From Eledone cirrhosa (taxonomy: Eukaryota): a stretch of DNA of 64,000 nt. The notes under the pieces are model-generated. The model was not told the origin of the DNA, ran no database searches, and worked only from the letters and a program-made list of their open reading frames with translations. The position numbers and the translations under genes were made by a program. Shown one piece after another: positions 28,003 to 41,367 of the stretch; within the stretch, counting starts at the first letter, position 1, and each line of letters opens with the position of its first letter. Where the stretch lies: assembly GCA_964016885.1 (NCBI GenBank), contig OZ024742.1, forward strand, positions 239,754,001 to 239,818,000. The letters are read 5' to 3'.

Positions 28003-29373
28003 AGTAGCACTAACATGGCATAGTTCATAATAGAATTGTATATGAAGGCAAATACAGTATGTTTATGTATAATAAACATACAAGAACTTCACTATGAATA
28101 TTATAAAACTGTGATCATGTCACAGCTATCTCAGTGGCCATGTGAAAATGTCAAACGTATTTTAGATGTTCATCCATCATCAGTGACATTTACTCATTTG
28201 GTAATGAGAGAAGAATAAGCTATAGCATATACACAAGAGTCCAGCTACGAATATTTTAGCTGCATGAAAACGGCAGAAATGGCCAAAACCAGTTCCGCTT
28301 CTATGAAATACACCTATTTCAAATGGTTCCTATTTCAATTAAAATCTCCCAACATAATTTTATATCCAAACAATATGGTAAGTAATGAAATAAGTAATAA
28401 TTTTAATAAATCCCTCAAAATTATTCATAAATGCTTTTGCTACCAAGTTACTTGAAGCTATATCTGGTTCTAAAATAATAAACTATTTGTTTTAAAGTAT
28501 TTTATATTTATCTAAAAAACCATCCATTATAATTTTATGGAAAATATTTGGTAAGATATGCCCCTCATACCAACTTAATAATGAGAAAGCTGGTTATATT
28601 ACGAAATCCTTGTTGATCATTTTCAAAATTCTTTGAAAAATGTAGACAGTCATCATTAGAAATATGGTTTATACTTACAGTTTACAAAAATTTGCCTAAC
28701 ACTAATGTTGGAGAAAATAATCCTACCACCCAAAATTCAGGATTATATAAATATGGCATTTCTTTTTTTAGACTAACATTATTTTGAGAGGAATTGAAAA
28801 GAGATCAGTGTTTCACATGAGAAATGAAGAAAAATAGATAAATAAATTTTAAAAAACAATCAATACATATATATATAATATATATGTATTGTTAAAGACA
28901 ACTATTTTTGAGTTTCAGTTTCTTCTGGTATTTTCTAACAAGACCTCAAAAGTGTTTGTTTAGAACCATTGAGTTCCTACGTCCATAATTTAATCAACAT
29001 TTCCAGAACCTCACAACCTCATCATGAAGAGTGTTGTGGGTTTATTCTTACTACAGAGAGACCCTATTAGAAAACATGAGAAGTATCTAATGAAGGAATT
29101 GAAACGTAAAAATAGTTGTGCCTTTAATAACACATGTATAAAAGAAAAGCTGTTCCCCATATATATAACCCACATATCATAAAACAATGGTGCCAACAAC
29201 AGCTAACAACAAATAGATGGCAGATGGTGACAAGGAGGCAGTGTAGAATTTACCAGAATTGATATATCATGTGATGGGATATATAAATGTGCATATTTAT
29301 ATATACACACAAACATATAAGCTTATACACACACACATGTGCATGCATGTATGTATGTATGTATGTATGTATG

Positions 29374-29430
<57 letters not shown>

Positions 29431-29564
29431 AGAAAGAGAGAGAGATTTTGAAGGTGGGGCTTCAGTGTCGCCTTAGTTGATGTCTAAAACTTACTAATGT
29501 ACACACTCATGCTCACATACACACACAATTATATAGATAAACAATTGTATGCATATGTATATAT

Positions 29565-29634
<70 letters not shown>

Positions 29635-32232
29635 ATGTGTGTTATCCCATACAGACACACACTACAATCACACTAATATATAACCCCTCCTCCTAAATTC
29701 TTTGCATTGCAGGGGCAGTAGGTAACAAAAGTGATAGAGAATAAGTTTTCTAGTCAGACAAAATATTGGATAGAAAATAATACAAAAAATAACAAAAGCC
29801 TGTTAAATGTGTGTTACAACACAATTACATAAAGGCTGAACAGGTCCACCTCCCATTTTTTTTCCTTGGTGAAAGAACAGAAACTCAATGCTGGAATCAA
29901 AAGGCATCTTAGTATACAATAGGATTGTAAAATTTAACACAACTCTATTTTTCTGAGAATTTACTTTATACTATTTTCAGACCAAGCTGCTTGAAACAAC
30001 TTCTGGTTTTAAGATACAACACTGTTTATATTATAATTTGTAACAGCATGAAACAGGCATTACCAAGCCATTCTTAAAAAGTACAAAGCATTACATTAAA
30101 AATTGAAGTCTTTAATGCAATACTGCATATTTTTGCAATAATCTATCCTCCAGTATAAGATACTATAAATATTTGAATTAACAAACTAATTTTGTAGATA
30201 TTTTCAGTTAAACCATTACAGTATGTTAAGAGTTTATATTCATTAAAAACATTCCATCATGTAAGAATCTTAAGTTATATTCCAAACACCTGCTTCATGA
30301 TGACAATGTTATATTATTGCTAAATCCTACTAAAGTTTGGATTACTTAAAAATCATAGAAATTTAATAATTGAAAGGTTAAAAATATTGGATTATTTAGA
30401 TTATTTGTAATAAAAAAAAAAAACTAAAAATACTGAGAAACCTTTATATAGTATCAAGAAAGGAAATATAAGGATTAACTTCATAGATTCTAGAGAGATT
30501 AAAAAACACACGATGTTCTAAAATGATAGATTGATGACAGATAATATATATCTTTACTGATTTTAGTGCAAAACACATGTACTTGAAAGTATCATCCAAA
30601 CTGATGTAAACTTCAATATTATAGATTGTTGAAAATATTAATTCAACAATTTTTTTCTCCAGCAGATAGCAAACAGCAAATATTTTAACATTTTTTGATA
30701 CTACTACTACTACTACTACTACTACTAATCATCATAGCCTACAAAACCCAGGATTCACTGTAGAACATTGATCAATATTTCAAGTCTGATTATAAACTAG
30801 CATCTATCAATCTATCTATCTACAGAGCTAGTATTTCTTGTTTGTAATTTGAAAGTTTCCATATAAGAACATTTAAAATTAGTTTTGTTTATGAAAGTAA
30901 TTGAAGATTAATAAATACATAGATCATTTATATCTGGGGCAACTATATGTAAAAAAATGTACAATGTATGTCTTATTAAGATGCACATAATCATTTAAAG
31001 TCTGTTTGCAGGGGTCATCACAGAACAAATCAGTATTTCACTGACATTTCAAACAGTCAGTTTCACTTACATACATTCCTACTCTATGAAGTGTATTGGG
31101 TGTGTTTTATCATGGCCCCTGTCCTAGAGAGGTTGTCAGGTCTTTGACACAAATGAAGAGTCCTCTCAACTTGTTGTTTGGCAAGGTTTCTATGGATGGA
31201 TGCCCTTCCTATCACTAACTACTTCAAGGAATGTACGGCGTGCATTTTATCATCCAACCCATGCCAGCATGAAACGGGCATACAATGGAGATGATTATGG
31301 TGATGATGGTCCACATTTTCAAAATAATTAAAACCAACAGTGGAAAAAAAACAAAATTCAAGTAGCTAAGAGAAGCAATATTATCTAAATACAATCTTAA
31401 AGAGGAAAACCTCTTTGCATTTTAATCAATCAATCAATAAATGAAAGATCAGTTTGAAAAATTAAGGAAATAAATGTGGTTTTAGGTGTTAAATTTGTTT
31501 ACAAAATTACATAGAAATTTAATTATTATTGTTAAGTAGAACAAATGAGTAAAAGGTAGCAGCAACATATAGGAGACTTAACTGAATGAGATATTTATAA
31601 AATTGTCAACAACCCAAATTATCACCATTTATAACTAATGAGATATTTCTTATGTGGCATTTAACTCTTAACATCCTGTAATGATTTAGCCGAAAATGTC
31701 TAACAGGTTTGTTAATTAAAATACTTATAGTATCTTTACTACAGAGTGTTGTGAACAATTTGCAGTATTATCTCTTAACATCCTGTAAACATTTAGCAGA
31801 AAATATCTAAAAACAGGTTTGTTAATTCAAATATTTGTAGTAACTTTACTAGAGGATAGATTATTGCAAAAGTTTGCAGTATTAAAGTTTTCATTTTTAA
31901 TGTGATGCAGTCATAGTGCTGTCTTGTACTTTTCAACAATGTCTTACTAATGCAGTCTCATGCGGCACAAGCCATTAATAGTTGGATTTCTCTATATGCA
32001 TTTGATATTCTTAATCCCAGCATGAGTTTGTGCAAAGCAGCAACAAGCATAAATATTTCTCAACAATTCTACAAATACTTATAGCAAGAAGATGGACATA
32101 GTGAAAGAAGAGGCAGTGGGGGTGTTAGGTGTGTCTAAGGGGAAAGTAAGACCATAGCAACAAGAAAACAACAGGTACAACAAAAACTATGGCAATGTGG
32201 TTTTTTTCAGAGTCTGGCATATCCAGACTTAC

Positions 32233-32428
32233 TGTATGATATTTTTGAAGATAATCTCTGGACTGATATGATCTTGGAGTAGGCGTTGATCGCCCGCTAA
32301 GTGGTGGAGACGATCGCTCATAACCCGAGCGCCATCTGTTGGCTATTGCATCAAGACTTCCACTCCCTACCCTGCTTTCCAGTTCTTCTGCTCGCTGTTC
32401 GGTACTTTCTTTTTCCTCTTGTATCAAC
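32233..32428 (-). CDS. PPFIA: Liprin-alpha exon (196 nt, phase 2-0): [25 protein letters not shown]...[10 protein letters not shown]...DYLQKYHT
   Basis: tttccag|G...ACA|gtaagt; conserved [23 protein letters not shown] and SPP.SGRSTP. Confidence 0.96.
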
Positions 32429-32539
32429 CTGGAAAAATATTTAAAAAAAGATAATCAGTGAAGTGAGATAGTTAATCAAAGTCAACCCATTCAGTACACA
32501 ATTACAACAAGTGTTAAGGTTATTTTCCCTACTAAAGAA

Positions 32540-33065
32540 GGGGCTAGCCATGTGGGCCCCATAACAAGCTTCTCCATTTTACTCTATTAATTGCATCCTC
32601 CACCTCACAACCTCAAGGCTTTCATTTGCTCTGCCATTATCGACAGCCATGTCTTCTTGGTCTTCCCCTTCCTCTACTTCCTTCCACATTAATTTCCTTT
32701 GCTCCTCTCATCCAGTCACTTTCATCCTTCCTCAACACATGACCCAACCATCTGATTTCATTTCTTTTCACAACATTCATCACCGACTCTATTCCCATCA
32801 CCCAGTCACTATCATCCCTCCTCAGCACATGACCAAACCATATCATTCCATTTCTCATCACAACATTCATCACCGACTATCCCATCACTCCTCTCACCAA
32901 GTCCCTTTCATCCTTCCTCAACACATGGCCCAACCATCTCATTCCATTTCTCTTAACAACATTCACCATTGGCTCTATTCCCAACATCCTGTCATTTCCA
33001 TCCTTCCTCAACACATGACCCAGTCTCTCATTCCATTTCTTTTCACAACATTCATCGTTGGTTCT
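32540..33065 (-). mobile_element. RTE LINE 3' fragment with tandemly amplified RW(L/F)GHVLRKD segment
   Basis: ORFs 32637-32873 and 32877-33137 repeat NVVKRNGMRWLGHVLRKDE about 5 times, followed by GSRGRGRPR. Confidence 0.8.
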
Positions 33066-34571
33066 ATTCTCATAAATTTTCTGCAATTCATTGTTTATCT
33101 TCCTCCTGTTTACTGATATAAAAACAAAAACAAACAAAAACTTTCATAATTACATCTGTTCTACCACCATCATATGGCTAACATCTGTTTTAGACACGTA
33201 TGAATTAGGAGGTTATCAATACTCCACAATTAATGACAACATCAAATACACCATGAAGCCATGCTGTTATTAATTCTTTTAAGACCAAATCTACTGAAAT
33301 AGCCCCTAGTTCTATGATATGAAACGACTTGCTTTAAAGTGTTTACATTTATCTAAAACACTCCATCATAATTTTATGTAAGAACCTTTGTTAAGCTATG
33401 CCCCAAAACATAATATAAATATTAATAATAAGTTAGCTATATTACTAAATCATCTCAGAATTCTTGATTATTTTAGGCAGTCTTTGAAGATGAATATTAT
33501 AAGGTTAATATAAGCATCAATGGCATTCTGGAGGCATTCCTCATCATGACATATTTTTCTTTCCCAAAACAAACACGCACGCACATGCGCGCGCACACGC
33601 ACACGCACACACACACACACACACACACAAAAGGCTTCCTTACAATTTCTATCTACCAAATTCACTCCTAAAGTATTATTTGGTCCAGGGCTATAGTGGA
33701 AGACATTTGTCCAAGGTGCCATGGAGCAGAGCTGAACTTGAAACTTTGTGATGGTTCTGGAGTGAACTTCATAACCACACAGTGATGTCTGGTGTCTATA
33801 TAAAATGCATTCAGTAAACTCTGTAAAGTGATAGTGCTAGAGCCATGATAAAATGGACCCAGTATATTCTGTAATGGATAGTGTTGATGTCACAATAAAA
33901 TGTACCCAGTATAATTTGAAAAGTGACTAGTATTAAGAATGACAATTAGCTGTAGAAACCTGGCCAAAATTTGATGCATATGAGCAAGACAAGGGCTCCT
34001 GACAACTCTAGACTCTTGACTGTGTCAACCAATCCATGCTAGCATGGAGCACAGAAAACAGAATGATGATGATAAAGGGTAAAGATGCTCGTTGATCCCA
34101 AGTGACAATGGGATTTGCACCTAGAAAGTTCCCCTATGAGGCACAAGCTTGGGCAAGGTGTTAAGACCAGCAGTTGCCCATGCATACCACACTCCCTCTT
34201 CATGTCACTGATGTTGTCCAAGAGAAAGGCAAAGGGCAATACAGCTTGGCACAGTGATGTCACAATTCAGTGGAGCAGTGTGAATTAAAGAGTCTTGCTC
34301 AAAGACACAACACATCACATGGTCCAGGAATCACAACCTTACAATTGCAGATATATGTGTGTATGTGTGTCACATATACATGTACATGAGCAGAGAGATT
34401 CTCTATGAAATAAAAGACAAGTATACCATTATATAGATGAAATAGATGGCTGGTTAGTCAATAACTTGTAGAAGAGAGGAGATAACAAGCTATGCCAACA
34501 ACAAGAATACCTATTATAAGAGGTGAGGGAAGGGGCAGTTCAAGATTTAAAGAATTATATATATATTTATT

Positions 34572-34896
34572 TTAGTGGTTAGAGCATTGGCCTTGCAATT
34601 GAAAGGTTGTGAGTTCAATTCTCAGACCGGGTGATGTGTTGTTTCCTTGAGCAAGACACTTTATTTCACATTGCTCCAGTTTACTCAGCTGTAGAAATGA
34701 GATGTTAGGGACTGGGTTCCCTATCATTCCACTGCAAAGTGGTCGTGGAGGTGCCACGGCAAAAAAGCACCCAGCACTCACTGTAAATGAGGTTGGTGTT
34801 AGGAAGGGCATCCAGCTGTAGAAATCAAGCCAGAATCAGTTCCCGTCCCACCCTTGCAAGCAGGGAAAAAGCGGACGTAAAATGAAATGATGATGA
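34572..34896 (+). mobile_element. tRNA-head SINE (family B) with RTE-derived 3' tail
   Basis: tagtggttagagc...gagttcaattc head; ttccttgagcaagacactttatttcac core; tail matches LINE 3'UTR 46672-46862. Confidence 0.85.
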
Positions 34897-34901
34897 ACTG
34901 T

Positions 34902-35104
34902 TTAACCCTTTTGCTACCATATTTCTAATGAAAGACACTGCCTATCACTTTCAAATAGATTTTTAAATAATCAAGAATCTGGAGGAGTTTAGTAATAACT
35001 AATGTCCGTATTTATCTGATGATAGGAAGGTAACCTGATATAAGTTCCTACATAAAATTGTCATGGAAATTTTCTTTTATTTATTTATTAATTAATTAAT
35101 TAAT

Positions 35105-35143
<39 letters not shown>

Positions 35144-35233
35144 TGTTGTTGTTTTTTTTAAAGAGAAATATCATCACAAACAATTTTGTAGAACCAATGG
35201 CAGTTTCAGACAGTTTTGTATCAAAAGAGTTAA
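34902..35233. mobile_element. TTAA-flanked MITE family 1 (piggyBac-like ends); many copies (e.g. 2006-2244, about 14575-15255, 15335, 16020, 19200, 24400, 27350, 33270, 61800, 62900-63422)
   Basis: ttaacccttttg(a/c)tacc...tatcaaaag(a/g)gttaa termini; no coding capacity. Confidence 0.7.
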
Positions 35234-35511
35234 TCAAAGAAAGTTAATGCCAGAGGAGAAATGCAAGTTATTTTATAGAATGGCTGCCATCTAAAAATTA
35301 ATGAGTCATGTTGTCTTTCTGCTGGTGATCATGGTGAGTTCGCAGTTTAGAGCTTTTAACTTCACATACAACTTCATTACCAAAGAATTTTAATATACTT
35401 TCTGTACTTGGCTTTACACCAATGTACTAGTAGTAAAATCAAACAATAATGTGCCATATATGTTTCTGTATATATGTATATATGTAATATATATATATAC
35501 ATATATATTAT

Positions 35512-36086
35512 TGTCAGGTCACCAGTTGGTGCTACTGGTAACATGTATCCCAGTACAACCTGTCCCATGGTCGGGTCGTTGGCGACTAAACTGGCAACCC
35601 CACCAAGGTTTCTTGGTGAGGAGGGTGACTTTGGACATCCTGCAGGACTAAAAACAAAACCTGTCAAAGGGCAAAGGAGCTCTTAAGAGTCAATGGCCAT
35701 CCAAAATCACCGGGAGAGATGACCCCATTAGCCTTTGTCAAGGCAGAATTCTAGGAGAAGGAAAACTCTGATATAACACCTGCAACCCTGATGGTTTCCA
35801 ATGATGTTGACTTGTTCTTCTTTTTGGTAAATATCATCTTGGTTAAGAGAGTGGGACTGGCTTTGTGCAGTGCCTTTGCTCACTATAAAAGCTTCACAGC
35901 ACAGGCATTGCTTTATTTCTGGAGATCTCTCTGCACTTGTCGTCACATGGTACCATGGGCCCAGCACTATGTGTCAATAATTGTCACAAGTGTAGTGTTT
36001 GTACCAGAGTTTTCAAGTTGCTGGCTGGACTAAAAAGTCACACTCGTCCAGCGCATCGGTAGGGGTTCTCCTACATGGATATAAAG

Positions 36087-36091
<5 letters not shown>
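35512..36091 (+). mobile_element. LINE 5'-end-like fragment (RTE-type 5'UTR)
   Basis: Contains ctaggagaaggaaaactctgat, which I associate with RTE 5'UTRs; diverged copy at about 16595-16900 and near-identical inverted partial copy at 11919-12245. Confidence 0.55.
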
Positions 36092-36137
<46 letters not shown>

Positions 36138-37120
36138 CGCGTCTGCAGTTCTCTGAAATTTACTCAAACAAACAAATACATACACACAATGCATTTCCTA
36201 TCAATCATGTTGCCACCATAAGAAGTATGCTTTCCAATCAGGAGTCATAGTTCCTAAACCTGCATAGTTATTTCTCTTAAGTTATCCATATTTTAATCCT
36301 GTATATCAACCATAACAATATGCATATGTTTTTATATACTTTATATGTATGTGTGTGTGTGTGCGTGCCTCAGTCATCTTAATGTCTGCTTTCTCTGCAA
36401 GCAAGGGTTGGGCGAGCCCATACAGACCAAGCCAGTGCTGAAGCAGAACCAGTGATCTCCCATGCAAGTCAAGGATCTATGTCATGCTTATGTACAGTCT
36501 CACACTCCACTGAATTCTCAGGAGAGATTGTCATGCCTTTCATACAACTAAACCCTTTGTTTGGTAAGATTTCTATGGTTGATACACATCTTATCACCAA
36601 CCACTTTACAGCATGTACGAGATGTGTTTATCATGTAAATTACCAACACTAAAGAGGGTGTCATGTCCTTGACATGACTAAAGGGTCCTCCCAACCTTTC
36701 TATGGCTGGATGCCCTTCCTGTCATCCAACCACATTACAATGTGTACTGGGTGCATTTATCGAGTAGATCAACACTAGGGAGACTATCATTCCTCAGAGG
36801 ATAGAGACCAGAGCCAGTGGTCGGCAGAGAGACAATCGACAAGGTGGCTGACATCATCATCATCATCGTCGTCGTTTAACGTCTATCTTCCACGCTAGCA
36901 TGGGTTAGACGGTCCAGGCAGATGAAATATAGAAAAGATTGAAAGAGGAAGAGGACAAGGGGGAGCGCGTTGGCACATAGAAGTGGCTGGAAGAAGTAGA
37001 TAAAGAAATAAAGAAAGGTGATGTACAAGACAAATTCATACACACACATCTTCACCCTCATCAGCTCTCAAACCAGTAAGTTTAATATAGAAATAGCTTC
37101 TTCAGGACTAGAACTCACAC

Positions 37121-37158
<38 letters not shown>

Positions 37159-38559
37159 TGTAGCTGAGTAAAATTTAAACATACAAAGATACAATGCATT
37201 CTGTATCTCAGTCATGTTGCTACTATAAGTTCACCTCAAATGACCAGGTCATAGGTTCTAGCCCTACATTTATCTCTGTAAATTTCTATTGTATGTCATT
37301 TGTACATATATGTTGAACATTTATGTAATTATATCCTAGAAAGAAATTAAAATATCATTTTCATCTTTAATCACTTCCACATCTCAGTAATTAACATAAA
37401 CTAGAAGGTTTCTCTTATGCAAACCATTACTTTATCAAAATGTAAATCTCCCGGTTTGCATGATTATTCATCCTAGACGCCAATAATTAGATACATTCAA
37501 CACTAGTGCTGTCAGTAACGAAAATAATGAATAAAACTAATCCAATCTGGCTAAATGAGAAAAATGGGTACTAGAAGTTTTCTAACCATGAGTCATCATC
37601 ATGACCATTGTTTAAAGTCTATTTTTTCACCCTTGCATGGTTTAGACAGGTTGTCATGTTATGTGATAAGTCAGGTCAGGTGATCATGCCTTGCTCATAC
37701 AGATCTGTATTTTGGCTTGGTTTCTACAGCTGGATTCCCTTCCTCATGCCAACCACATTACAATGTGGACTGCGTACTTTTTATTGTGTATAACCACCAT
37801 AGAGCATGAACTGGTTGCTTATTTCCCAGTGTCACAATTACCAGAAATGCATCAAAGAAATCTATCTATAGCAATTACACCATGAAAGAGTCATTTTAAC
37901 CATTTCAAAACATATAAAAACTATTAATTTTACTTTATATTTATCATTTATTTCTTGGTGTCAAAATTTTTGTCAGTGTCTTTAACCTTTTAGCATTCAC
38001 ATTACTCTGTATTTACTATTGTATTTTCATGGTAAAGGGTTCATCTCACATAATATCAAAGCTATGAGATTCCGATATTTATTTAATAGAGAACAATACC
38101 TTAACATAAGTATAAGCAGCCAGTTATGGCCTGTTTGAACAGAAAGAGGTGAGAGAATTCTGGCTAGATATGGCCAGTTTAATGACTGGTTAAAATGACT
38201 GCCACATTGTAACTACTTTAGTTTCAACACAGTCTCAGATTAAGTCACTTGCTAGACAAGTACAACTCTGAAATATCTATGTAGCTATCTATTTTATCAT
38301 ATATATCTATCTATCTGTCTATTCTACTGACCTGTTTGTATATACCATTGTTGTAGTATTACTGTGGCAACAGGCCTCTGGTCATTTTGTTCATGTTGTC
38401 ACTATTCCTTAACTTTTTGTATTCATTCCGAGGAGAAATTTATCAATTACTCACTCATTTAGTGCTTTGTGACAATCTCCGATAATTCAATTGTTCATCT
38501 GCTATTGTGCAGATGCAACTGCGATTATACTCATTATGATTATTATATATATATATATA

Positions 38560-38560
38560 T

Positions 38561-38592
<32 letters not shown>

Positions 38593-38907
38593 TTTACGTC
38601 TGCTTTTCCCTGCTTGCAAGGGTGGGACAGGAATTGGTTCTGGCTTGATTTCTACAGCCAGATGCCCTTCCTAACACCAACCTCATTTACAGTGAGTGTT
38701 GGGTGCTTTTTTTTTCCATGGTGCCTACACGTCCACTTTACAGTGGAATGATAGGGACCCCAGTCCCTATGATCTCATTTCTACAGCTGAGTAAACTGGA
38801 GCAATGTGAAATAAAGTGTCTTGCTCAACACATCACCCGGTCTGAGAATTGAACTCACAACTTTTCGACTGCAAGGCCAATGCTCTAACCACTAAGCCAT
38901 GTGCCTC
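38560..38907 (-). mobile_element. SINE family B copy, inverted relative to 34572-34896
   Basis: Near-colinear reverse complement, with (CAT)n tail at 38560-38592. Confidence 0.85.
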
Positions 38908-39331
38908 CATATATATATCTTGCTATCAATCTGTCTATCTTGCTATGTATCTGTTTATTCTACTATATCTATCTGTCTGTTTGTGTCTGTCTATCTACCC
39001 TATTAAATCTGTCTATCTTAATATCTATTATTGACACAAAGAAATGTCTGGAATAAGGTTTCTTTATTTTTATTTGGTAGATCAAGAAGGAAGGGTAGTA
39101 CTGATGGCTTTCATAAATCCTCCAAGACTGGACTAATAATGTTGGTAATGGTAGTGGTGGCAATGGTGATGATAATAGTGATAGAAATGATGATGATGAT
39201 CATGATCATGACATGGAAAATATGGAAAAGAAAACAAAAATTACACACATACATACATACATGCATGCATACATATACACACAGATATATATAAATAACA
39301 ATATATAAAAATAAGTGTTAAAGTTATTAAC

Positions 39332-39549
39332 CTAATTTCGTTATTGATTGCATCCAACTGTTCTTGGATCATCAAGGCCAATGTTTGTGCATCAGTATGG
39401 CCAGAGGGTGAAAGTAAGTCAACAGCGCCAAATATGGACTCCGTGTCGTCAGTCCCTTCAGTGTCACTGGTATCAAAAGCTTGTTGAACATTAGCCAACA
39501 CATGTGCTTGTTGTATTTTCTCCCACTCCTGCTCATTCAGTGTGTTCAC
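39332..39549 (-). CDS. PPFIA: Liprin-alpha exon (218 nt, phase 0-2): [26 protein letters not shown]...[28 protein letters not shown](R)
   Basis: ttgcag|GTG...AG|gttaat; diagnostic motif [24 protein letters not shown]. Confidence 0.96.
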
Positions 39550-40825
39550 CTGCAATAGAAAAAAACAAAATATAATATGCCATGATATGTCATACGTGTT
39601 TGATTATTTATTTACATTTAATCTGTCTGCTTAGTGGTTAGAGAGTTAGATTCACAATCGCGAGGTCATGCATTTGATTTCTGGACCAGATGATGCATAG
39701 TGTCTTTGAACAAGACACTTTATTTCACGTTATTCTAGTTCACTCAGGTGTAGAAATGAGTTGCGATGTCACTTGGTGTCAAGCTGTATCGGTCTTTGCC
39801 TTTCTCTTGGTAAGCATTGCCTGGGCTTGTATCTTGGAAGGGAACTTTCTAGGTGCAAAACCCATAATCATTCATGACCAAAGGGGATTTTTTATTTTTT
39901 TTATCTCCATCTGTAACTCCCTAATACACAGCCAATGCGTTCTGTAAAGTGATGAGAATGGTATCAAACAAAGGATCAAGTGGACTCTTCAGTTGAATCA
40001 AAGATATAACAAACTCTCTACTGCTGGTGCCACTATAAAATGCACCCAGTACACTCAATAGAGTGTGGAAATGTATGTCCTCCCCCTCCACGAGTCTGTG
40101 ACAATCAATCCATCCAGCTCATACGAGCAGGGAAAAATGGAGGTTAAATAATGATGATTTTGATAATGTGAGCTGCTGTTGATTTTGACGGTATGGGATC
40201 ACTAGTGACAGTGGGAAGTTTGATTCCATGAGAAGAAGGAAAGAAAAAACAACAACAAATCATCTAATTACTTATAGAAAGCAAACAGAATGGCTGGCTT
40301 ATGAAGAGAACAGTTATTGATTTCTATATACTTATTTCTTGCCTATCTAGTATATCACAGGTAGAACAGTGAAACAATAGCTATTACCTGCACCCAGAAA
40401 ACTGAATAAACACTAAATGTCACCCACAGTAGAAGTTACTAAAAATAAAAACCACCTCTTTATATAATTGATTTCAATGGCATTTCTTTTGGTTTTCTTT
40501 TTAATGTACAATCTTGTCTGGGAGAAAGTAAAAAGAATTTTCAGAGAAACAGAGAAGTTGCAGATAGGTATGGGGAGAGGTTGGGAGAGTTCATTGTATA
40601 ATAACTAATCAATGGATTTTCTGTTATATCCTGACAAGAATTTAAATTAAATAGATAATTAGTTAAGGTCCGGCTAGATATATCGACAATAAAACAGGAA
40701 ATTAATCAGATGACTGAATTCATGTCAGTAAAGTTAGTTCAGTATTAAAATATATTTCAAAACTAATGCCAGCTAATGTAAATAATCTTTGTTAACCAGT
40801 GAAACCTATTTAATGTGACACATAC

Positions 40826-41160
40826 ATCTTCATCATTTTTGCGTCAACTTTTCCATGCCTGCATGGGTTGGACAGATCCCCTTAAGCACAGCATCTCTCC
40901 ACACATTGAGTTCCTTCATCATCTCCTCTGTGGGTTTCAGCAATTTGAGATCAGCTCTCACCACCTCTGCCCAGGTCCTCCTTGGTCTTCCTCTACTGCA
41001 GCTTCCTTACACTCACATCTCCTGGCACTTCTTCATCTGGCTATCAACATCCATGTACATCACATGTCCAAACCAACATCTTTCTTGATCACTTCATCTG
41101 ATTCTTCTTATACCCAGTTTTTCTCTTAGATCATCCAGGTTACATCATTCTCGCAGCCAA
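40826..41160 (-). mobile_element. RTE LINE 3' fragment
   Basis: Minus strand ...WFGHVM...RPRRTWAEVV-type sequence plus the ccatgcaggcatggaaaa tail. Confidence 0.7.
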
Positions 41161-41367
41161 ACCCATAGATGTTTATACAACACACATACACCACTGCCAT
41201 ATATACAGAAGTATATAAGCTCATACATCACTGCCATATGGTGTTTACTAATACATCTTTACCATATGTGTATACAAACACTTATACCACTGACATTATA
41301 TATATATATATAATGTGTGTTTGTGTATACACATATATCAGTGCCATATATATATATAAAGACTTGT

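Noticed and set aside
34572-34630. tRNA-like sequences with A and B boxes (also 6140, 13545, 14080, 39630)
   Set aside because: They continue into SINE bodies and lack a complete cloverleaf; SINE heads, not tRNA genes.
40388-40401. AG-14 nt-GTAAT microexon-like pattern (similar 13-nt pattern at 6622-6634 and 9-nt near 57151)
   Set aside because: Weak pyrimidine tract or donor, mostly frame-disrupting; expected by chance in 64 kb.
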